Source: Microcystis aeruginosa NIES-2549 (GTDB taxonomy: Bacteria; Cyanobacteriota; Cyanobacteriia; Cyanobacteriales; Microcystaceae). Taken from it: 32,000 nucleotides of DNA. The stretch lies in NCBI RefSeq assembly GCF_000981785.2, contig NZ_CP011304.1:1650001-1682000 (forward strand), in the 5' to 3' direction. Below, one piece after another: positions 26,016 to 32,000 of this stretch; the first letter of the stretch is position 1, and each line of letters opens with the position of its first letter. Position numbers and translations under genes: made by a program. The notes under the pieces are model-generated. The model did no database searches and was not told the origin of the DNA. It was given only the letters and a program-made list of their open reading frames with translations.

Positions 26016-26713
26016 TGACAAAAAAGGCGATTATTTTACTTTCTGGGGGATTAGATTCAGCGACAACAGCAGCGATCGCTCTAGAGGCTGGTTATCAATT
26101 AATCGCCCTTTCCTTTCGTTATGGACAAAGACACGAGCGGGAATTAGCGGCAGCGAAAAAAATTGCTAATTTCCTCGAAATTAAAGAACATCATCTGATC
26201 GAAGTCAATCTATCTTTGTGGGGAGGTTCCGCTTTAACGGATCAATCTATTGCTATTCCCCAAGAGGGAATTAACCCGAATATTATCCCGATTACCTATG
26301 TACCGGGGAGAAATACAGTTTTTATTTCGATCGCTCTTTCTTTAGCGGAAGCAAGGGAAGCGGAGGCGATATATTTAGGAATTAATGCGGTGGATTATTC
26401 CGGTTATCCCGATTGTCGTCCCGAGTATTTAGAGGCCTTTCAAACTTTAGCTAATTTATCATCAAAAGCGGGTTTAGAAGGGAAAGCACCCCAATTAATT
26501 GCCCCTTTGGTGATGGATAGTAAGGTAGATATCGTCCGTCGTGCTGTTAGTTTGGGGGTTCCCATTGCTGATACTTGGTCTTGTTATCAAGGAGAAGTTG
26601 AACCCTGCGGTTTATGCGATTCCTGCCGTATCAGAGATCAGGCTTTAATTGAGGCCGGTTATCCCGAATTAGCTACTTCCCTCTTGAAACAGTCAGGAAA
26701 AGGGGGAGCATAG
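26015..26713 (+). CDS. queC: 7-cyano-7-deazaguanine synthase
   Basis: 232 aa. PP-loop [19 protein letters not shown], and C-terminal Zn cysteines [16 protein letters not shown]. Confidence 0.92.
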   Translation: MTKKAIILLSGGLDSATTAAIALEAGYQLIALSFRYGQRHERELAAAKKIANFLEIKEHHLIEVNLSLWGGSALTDQSIAIPQEGINPNIIPITYVPGRNTVFISIALSLAEAREAEAIYLGINAVDYSGYPDCRPEYLEAFQTLANLSSKAGLEGKAPQLIAPLVMDSKVDIVRRAVSLGVPIADTWSCYQGEVEPCGLCDSCRIRDQALIEAGYPELATSLLKQSGKGGA

Positions 26714-26730
26714 TGAAAAATGGAGATAAT

Positions 26731-27303
26731 CTAGGCGATTAAATGTTCAATGAGGATTTTACCGCCGATTAATATTAAAACTAAACCGCCGAGAATTTCC
26801 ACCTTTTGGCTAAATAAATTACCGAATTTATGCCCGATAAAAACAGCTATAAAACATAAAACAAAGGTAATAAAACCAATGACAGTGCAAGCTAAAAGTA
26901 AGGGAGTTTTAATCATCGATAAACCCAAACCAACTACTAAAGCATCGATGCTAGTAGCGATCGCTAATCCGATTAAAGTATAGGAATCTAGAGGATTAAA
27001 TTTTTTTTCCTCGTCATCATTTTGAACAGCTTCGTAGATCATTTTACTGCCGATCGCCCCTAGAATAATAAAAGCGATCCAGTGATCAAAAGAGGCAAGA
27101 AAATCGCGACAGGTTAGACCAATACCCCAACCAATCATCGGCATAATTGCTTGAAATCCCCCAAAAAACAAAGCAATTTTCAAAGCCTTATTAACATGAA
27201 TATGACGAATCATCAGGCCACTGGTTAGAGAAACGGCCACGGCATCGGCGGCTAATCCCACGGCAACAAAGGAAGTGGTTAAAAGTTCGAGTGAAGTAAA
27301 CAT
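26731..27303 (-). CDS. mntP: Manganese efflux pump MntP family
   Basis: 190 aa, six TM segments, duplicated DUF204 halves (GLAADAVAVSLTSG and GLAIATSIDALVVGL). Confidence 0.85.
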   Translation of the reverse strand: MFTSLELLTTSFVAVGLAADAVAVSLTSGLMIRHIHVNKALKIALFFGGFQAIMPMIGWGIGLTCRDFLASFDHWIAFIILGAIGSKMIYEAVQNDDEEKKFNPLDSYTLIGLAIATSIDALVVGLGLSMIKTPLLLACTVIGFITFVLCFIAVFIGHKFGNLFSQKVEILGGLVLILIGGKILIEHLIA

Positions 27304-27439
27304 CTATAGTTGTTTATCCTTTAATTTCCCCTTATCTTAACTAATTTTTCCCCAGAAAACTTTCATATTTCTCTCATGATCCTCTCATTTATCTATCATT
27401 TCTCTAACCTAAGTAGGTAGGCGTTAAAAGTTGTCAGAT

Positions 27440-27515
27440 GCCCCCCTTATCAAGGGGGGATTAAAGGGGGGATCGGCACCCCCCTTATCAAGGGGAGCAG
27501 GGGGGATCGAACCTA
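27440..27515. repeat. Cluster of G6/C6 palindromic hairpins
   Basis: ccccccttatcaagggggg (27441-27459), aaaggggggatc, ccccccttatcaagggg (27479-27495), and aggggggatc. Confidence 0.8.
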
Positions 27516-27579
27516 AAATCCATTTTTAATTTAATTATAACCAGCTACTTAATTACTGAGAGGATCGAATTGAAAACGT

Positions 27580-27857
27580 TTAAAACCACATTATCGGTTC
27601 CTCACCGATTACCTCGACCTGATGGATTGCTTCTGGAGTAAAATTGATGATATCCTCAGCTTCTAGGACTTTTTCGCTCGCTACTGCCATTTTATCGGGA
27701 AATTCAGCCGTAGGAGTCCGAGTAACCAATCCTGCTGTTTTATAAATTCCCCCGAATTTTTTCCAGGACAAAGTTGAGGAAGATACCTTTTCCCATCATC
27801 GATCATCCCGTCTGCCTTTAAGGTGGCGAACGCTACCATATAGGAAAAGTGCCACAT
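27580..27857 (-). pseudogene. Possible frameshifted small gene (two overlapping frames)
   Basis: ATG 27857 opens MWHFSYMVAFATLKADGMIDDGKRYLPQL..., ending at 27681. The track ORF (TTG 27771..27580) continues in the -1 frame from about the gga-aaaaaa-ttcggggg homopolymer region. No family was recognised. Confidence 0.25.
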
Positions 27858-27970
27858 AAAAAATTATGATAATTTCGAGAATTACCGGAGAATGAGGTGG
27901 GAGAGAACGGTGATAAAATTAGCTAATTGACTCCCCTAACTTAAGCACCCAATAACCGCTCACTGAAAAT

Positions 27971-28924
27971 ATGGCTGATTTTTTTAACACCTATGGTTTT
28001 TTAATTGTTTCAATGATCTTTGGAGCCATATTAGGCATTTCAATTTATCTGCCCTTAATGGCCGGTCAATTATCCTTAGCAACCCCCGGTTTTTACGCTT
28101 TAGGTGGTTATGTTGCCGCCATTCTTTCCACGAAAGTTTTTACTAATACTGGTAGCAATTATCCCCTGGCTTTGGTCTTTTTAGAAATGTTAATTGCTGG
28201 CATGATTGCGGGAATATTAGCCATAGTTTTAGGTATTCCTGTTCTACGTTTGCGAGGGATTTATTTAGCTATTGCCACGATTGCCTGGGTAGAAATTTTG
28301 AGAATTATTGCCCTTAATCTCGAGATAACTGGCGGTGCGGTTGGTATTTTCGCCATTCCCCAACCCTTCACCACTCAATTAGCCTACCTTTGGCTGGCCT
28401 TGCCCCTCTTATTGCTAACTATGCTGTTTCTCTACCGGTTAGAAAACATCAAAATTGGTCGGGCATTTAATGCCATTCGTGCCGATGAGTTGGCGGCTGC
28501 GGCCATGGGAATTAATCCCACCTATCACAAGGTTTTATCCTTCACTTTCGGGGCAGTTTTAGCGGCAGTTGTGGGAGCGGTAAGCGCCCATTTTCTCAAT
28601 ACTTGGAATTCCCGTCAGGGAACCTTTGATTCTAGTATTATTTTCTTGGCTTTTGTTTTAATTGGTGGTTCCAGAACTTTTGTCGGGCCGGTGGTGGGGG
28701 GCATTGTTTTAACTGCTTTGCCCGAAGTTTTACGCGCCCTCGGCGGCGTGAATGGTTTACCAATTTGGTTGGGGAATTTCTTGCGCGATGGTCGTTTGAT
28801 TATCTTTGGAATTTTAATCGTTTTGGGAACGATTTTTTATCCCCAAGGCTTAATTACACCTGAATTAATCAAAAAACTAATGCCCTTTAAAAGACGTTCC
28901 TCTCTTAGTCAAGTTGATTCCTAA
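27971..28924 (+). CDS. Branched-chain/neutral amino-acid ABC transporter permease (LivM family)
   Basis: 317 aa polytopic protein. GQLSLATPGFYALGGYVAA, LRLRGIYLAIATIAW and IRADELAAAAMGIN are typical of LivM. Confidence 0.85.
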   Translation: MADFFNTYGFLIVSMIFGAILGISIYLPLMAGQLSLATPGFYALGGYVAAILSTKVFTNTGSNYPLALVFLEMLIAGMIAGILAIVLGIPVLRLRGIYLAIATIAWVEILRIIALNLEITGGAVGIFAIPQPFTTQLAYLWLALPLLLLTMLFLYRLENIKIGRAFNAIRADELAAAAMGINPTYHKVLSFTFGAVLAAVVGAVSAHFLNTWNSRQGTFDSSIIFLAFVLIGGSRTFVGPVVGGIVLTALPEVLRALGGVNGLPIWLGNFLRDGRLIIFGILIVLGTIFYPQGLITPELIKKLMPFKRRSSLSQVDS

Positions 28925-29125
28925 TTACAGTGATCAGATTTTAGTTTTCAGTTCATTGATTACTGTTTAAGTACCTAAGCAAAATTAATTACACATTTCG
29001 ATAAAGCTTTTGCCTCTTGCCTATTGCCTCTTGCCTATCTTCACTAGGAAATTTATTTTGCACGACTACTTACTGTTCACAGCCAAAAACTCCCCATCTC
29101 CCCACTCCTGGCCCCTAACCCACCC
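28925..29125. repeat. Composite spacer: a degenerate TCAGTTA/TTTACTG module, (TTGCCTM)4, and a C-rich ctccccatctcccc module
   Basis: ttacagtgatcagattttagttttcagttcattgattactgttta; ttgcctc ttgccta ttgcctc ttgccta at 29010-29037; ctccccatctccccactcctggcccc from 29090. Confidence 0.75.
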
Positions 29126-29211
29126 TGCTGATACGGATATCCCCCTTCCGGCTAATGTAAAGAAAACGTTACAGTAACAGGTAAAGCCCAGTAGCCAGGA
29201 AGCCGTCGATC

Positions 29212-31599
29212 ATGTTTGAATACTTTAACCAAAAAGCTATCAAAGCGGTGATGTTCGCCCAAGAAGAGGCCCGTCGTACCGGTCACAGTGTCGTGGGTAC
29301 GGAGCATTTACTGTTAGGATTGATAGGAGAAGCCACCGCCACCGCAGCCTCAATTCTCAAGGATTTAAAAGTCACCCTGCACGAAAGTCGCCGCGTGATT
29401 GAAGGAATGACTGGCCGCGGCACCGGTTACAGTCCCGTTAATATCCCTTTTACCCCGAAAGCGAAAAAGATGTTCGAGCAAGCATTTCAGGAAGCTCGAC
29501 AATTAGGGGAACAGGCGATCGCACCTGAACATCTATTACTCGCTATCACCACCGATCCCGAATCCCTAGCCGCTAAAATTTTAATTATGCAGGGTGTTGA
29601 TTTGATCAAACTTCGCGGCCTTTTAATTAAAAATGCTGGGGAAAAAGTCGCTAGTGGTCGCTTCACGGCAAAGAGTGACTATGAAGACCAGAAAAATGCT
29701 CCCCAAGGCGGGATTTTAGCCCAATATAGTCGCAATTTAAGCCAAGAGGTCAAAAATGGCAAAATTGACCCTGTAATCGGTAGAGAGCCAGAAATCCAGC
29801 GAGTTATTCAAATTTTAGGCCGTCGCGGCAAGAATAACCCGATTTTACTCGGTGAGCCGGGGGTAGGCAAAACAGCGATCGCTGAAGGTTTAGCACAACT
29901 CATCCATAATGGCGATATTCCCGAACTTTTGCGGGATAAACAGGTAATTGCCCTCGATATGGGGTCTTTACTGGCGGGAACCCGTTTTCGCGGCGATTTT
30001 GAAGAACGTTTAAAGGGTGTGGTGGAGGAAGTTCGCAAATCGGGCAATATTATCCTGTTTATCGATGAAATTCACACTCTTGTGGGTGCTGGTAGCATGG
30101 GAGGAGCTATGGATGCTTCTAACTTGCTTAAACCTGCTTTAGCTCGCGGCGAGTTACAGTGTTTAGGGGCAACTACTCTCGATGAGTATAAACAGCATAT
30201 TGAGCGAGATGCGGCTCTAGAAAGACGTTTTCAGCCAGTTATGGTGGGAGAACCGACTAAAGAGCAAGCGATCGAGATTTTACAGGGTTTAAAAGCCACC
30301 TACGAGGATTTCCATCAGGTAAAATACGATCAAAAAGCGATCGAAGCTGCCGTTAATCTATCCTCTCGCTATATCAATGATCGCTTTTTACCGGACAAAG
30401 CGATCGATCTTCTCGATGAAGCGGGATCCCGCACCCATCTACGCTATTCCCTACAAAGTAAAAGTCCTGCGGAGGTTAGCGAAGAATCACCCCTAATTAA
30501 CCCCGAATCTTTAATTCCGGTGGTGGATGCGGAGGAAATCGCCCAAATTGTCGCCGCTTGGACAGGTATTCCCGTTACCCAATTAACTGAAACTGAGTCA
30601 GAATCGCTCTTAAATCTGGAATGTCAACTGCACGAGCGGATTATTGGTCAACAGGAGGCAGTGAATGCCGTTTCTCGTGCTATTCGTCGAGCGCGAGTAA
30701 ATTTAAAGAATCCTAACCGTCCGATTGCCTCGTTTATTTTTGCCGGTCCCACGGGAGTCGGTAAAACTGAATTAACGAAAGCCTTAGCTAAGTTGCTCTT
30801 TGGCTCGGAATCCAGTATGATTCGCCTAGATATGTCGGAATTTATGGAATCCCACACGGTTTCTAAGTTAATTGGTGCGCCTCCCGGATACATCGGTTAC
30901 AATGAAGGCGGTCAATTAACGGAAGCAGTGCGTCGTCAACCCTATAGAGTGGTCTTGTTTGACGAAATCGAGAAAGCACATCCCGATGTTTTTAATCTTC
31001 TCCTGCAACTGTTAGAAGATGGTCATTTGACCGATTCCCAAGGTCGTCGGGTGGACTTTAAGAATACCCTAATTATCATGACCTCGAATATTGGCTCAAA
31101 AGTCATCGAAAAAGGCGGTAATAGCTTAGGATTCGAGATTGCTGACGATTTTGCTCAATCGCGTTACCAACAGATTTCTAATCGGGTGACAGAGGAGTTA
31201 AAACAATATTTCCGTCCCGAATTTCTCAACCGTCTCGATGAAATCATTGTTTTCCGACAGTTAACTCGCCAAGAAGTTACCCAGATTGCCGATATTCTGA
31301 TCGCAGATCTAGCCAAACAATTGACAGAAAAAGGCATTTCTGTGCAAGTTACCGCCGCTTTTAAGGATTTGGTCATCAATGAGGGTTATGATCCTAGCTA
31401 CGGTGCGCGGCCTTTACGTCGTGCTTTAACTCGACGCTTAGAGGATAGTTTAGCCGAGGCGATGTTATCGGGAAAAGTCAATTCTGGAGACCATGCGCTA
31501 TTAGATGTAACTGCTGAAGCTGTGGTGACAGTCTCTAGTCATCAGCGCTCCGAGCAGAACGATATTCTCTCGCAATTACAGTTACAATCGGTGGGTTAA
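29212..31599 (+). CDS. ClpC-like class I AAA+ unfoldase paralogue lacking the UVR/middle domain
   Basis: 795 aa. Two Clp_N repeats ([24 protein letters not shown]). D1 has GEPGVGKT and ILFIDEIH; D2 has GPTGVGKT and [11 protein letters not shown]. An LGF loop (GNSLGFEI) is present. Only about 30 residues separate DEAGSR from [19 protein letters not shown]. Confidence 0.85.
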   Translation: MFEYFNQKAIKAVMFAQEEARRTGHSVVGTEHLLLGLIGEATATAASILKDLKVTLHESRRVIEGMTGRGTGYSPVNIPFTPKAKKMFEQAFQEARQLGEQAIAPEHLLLAITTDPESLAAKILIMQGVDLIKLRGLLIKNAGEKVASGRFTAKSDYEDQKNAPQGGILAQYSRNLSQEVKNGKIDPVIGREPEIQRVIQILGRRGKNNPILLGEPGVGKTAIAEGLAQLIHNGDIPELLRDKQVIALDMGSLLAGTRFRGDFEERLKGVVEEVRKSGNIILFIDEIHTLVGAGSMGGAMDASNLLKPALARGELQCLGATTLDEYKQHIERDAALERRFQPVMVGEPTKEQAIEILQGLKATYEDFHQVKYDQKAIEAAVNLSSRYINDRFLPDKAIDLLDEAGSRTHLRYSLQSKSPAEVSEESPLINPESLIPVVDAEEIAQIVAAWTGIPVTQLTETESESLLNLECQLHERIIGQQEAVNAVSRAIRRARVNLKNPNRPIASFIFAGPTGVGKTELTKALAKLLFGSESSMIRLDMSEFMESHTVSKLIGAPPGYIGYNEGGQLTEAVRRQPYRVVLFDEIEKAHPDVFNLLLQLLEDGHLTDSQGRRVDFKNTLIIMTSNIGSKVIEKGGNSLGFEIADDFAQSRYQQISNRVTEELKQYFRPEFLNRLDEIIVFRQLTRQEVTQIADILIADLAKQLTEKGISVQVTAAFKDLVINEGYDPSYGARPLRRALTRRLEDSLAEAMLSGKVNSGDHALLDVTAEAVVTVSSHQRSEQNDILSQLQLQSVG

Positions 31600-31622
31600 T
31601 CCGCTCAAAAATTGCTTTTTTT

Positions 31623-31653
31623 CGGGGTTGAAAAATTTTCAACCCCGATTTTT
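31623..31653 (+). terminator. Rho-independent terminator of the clpC-like gene
   Basis: cggggttgaa-aaatt-ttcaaccccg is a perfect 10-12 bp stem, followed by attttta. Confidence 0.7.
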
Positions 31654-31654
31654 A

Positions 31655-31795
31655 TCATCCAGGAAAAATAACTTCTAGGGGAGCGGGAATCATCTCGGTG
31701 CGAAAGTCAAGAATCTGAACTAGGATTAAATAGGCAACGGCGATTAAAATCGAAATCGCTCCCGTGATAATGGCGATAATTTTAGCAGAATTCAT
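31655..31795 (-). CDS. Hypothetical 46-aa single-TM protein
   Basis: Hand-found ORF: MNSAKIIAIITGAISILIAVAYLILVQILDFRTEMIPAPLEVIFPG. Support is only a clean hydrophobic helix and an ORF bounded by intergenic-looking DNA. Confidence 0.35.
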   Translation of the reverse strand: MNSAKIIAIITGAISILIAVAYLILVQILDFRTEMIPAPLEVIFPG

Positions 31796-32000
31796 ATAAT
31801 TAACCGATAATTTCCTGAGATTATTGATCTATTGCCGCAAAAGCTACCGAAATTTATTCTCATCTACGATTGCGAGCCTAAACAAATGAACTAATAAACT
31901 CCGCTACGCGCTCGAGTGGAGTTTCTGACGCTTCTTTTTGCCTAGTTGCCCCATGCTTCCGCACGAGGTAGAGCCAGACGACTCTGCATCTAGAGAGGCT

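Noticed and set aside
26015-26713. QueC as part of a defence system (QueC-like proteins occur in some anti-phage systems)
   Set aside because: It has canonical length, PP-loop and Zn-cysteine tail, and queE lies upstream. No ATPase, TatD or DpdA-type neighbours are present. It looks like housekeeping queuosine biosynthesis.
27497-27520. ggttcgatcc (minus strand), resembling a tRNA T-arm
   Set aside because: The flanks cannot form a T-stem, acceptor stem or anticodon arm. It is part of the ggggggatc repeat family.
31800-32000. End-of-window segment with a 10-bp hairpin (aaactccgct...agtggagttt). It has an open minus-strand frame 31878-32000 (...RQKEASETPLERVAEFISSFV*) and a plus-strand ATG at 31953
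   Set aside because: Both strands are open for only a few dozen codons. I could not match it to tmRNA, RNase P RNA, SRP RNA or any protein family, and there is insufficient sequence to call it.

Overview
The window reads as chromosomal DNA of a unicellular cyanobacterium. Evidence is psb28, petM, ycf51, a HetZ-like gene, many HIP1 GCGATCGC octamers and STRR-like heptamer arrays. The repeat flavour suggests Microcystis, but that is inference only. Most of the window is housekeeping: alaS, intein-containing dnaB, cobM, queE/queC, mntP, a LivM-type permease, a ClpC-like ATPase, an FeS-type photolyase, SUI1 and tspO. Three accessory patches interrupt it. (1) 2959-5563 holds three head-to-tail, near-identical Rpn-like genes joined by ATGA overlaps, each with a different in-frame dodecamer repeat array. 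I consider this the most unusual locus. (2) 8.4-11.1 kb holds a brnTA pair whose toxin has a nonsense codon at codon 4, a vapBC pair, and a tnpB-only IS200/IS605-type element. (3) 22.07-22.86 kb holds a solo IS left end, a truncated higA-like ORF and two 65-bp hairpin elements. A small-ORF plus retropepsin-like protease pair is translationally chained onto queC. Most intergenic spacers carry modular heptamer repeat cassettes. I found no rRNA, tRNA or CRISPR. All family names come from motif recognition by eye, since no searches could be run. Start codons are best guesses where the ORF track over-extends.
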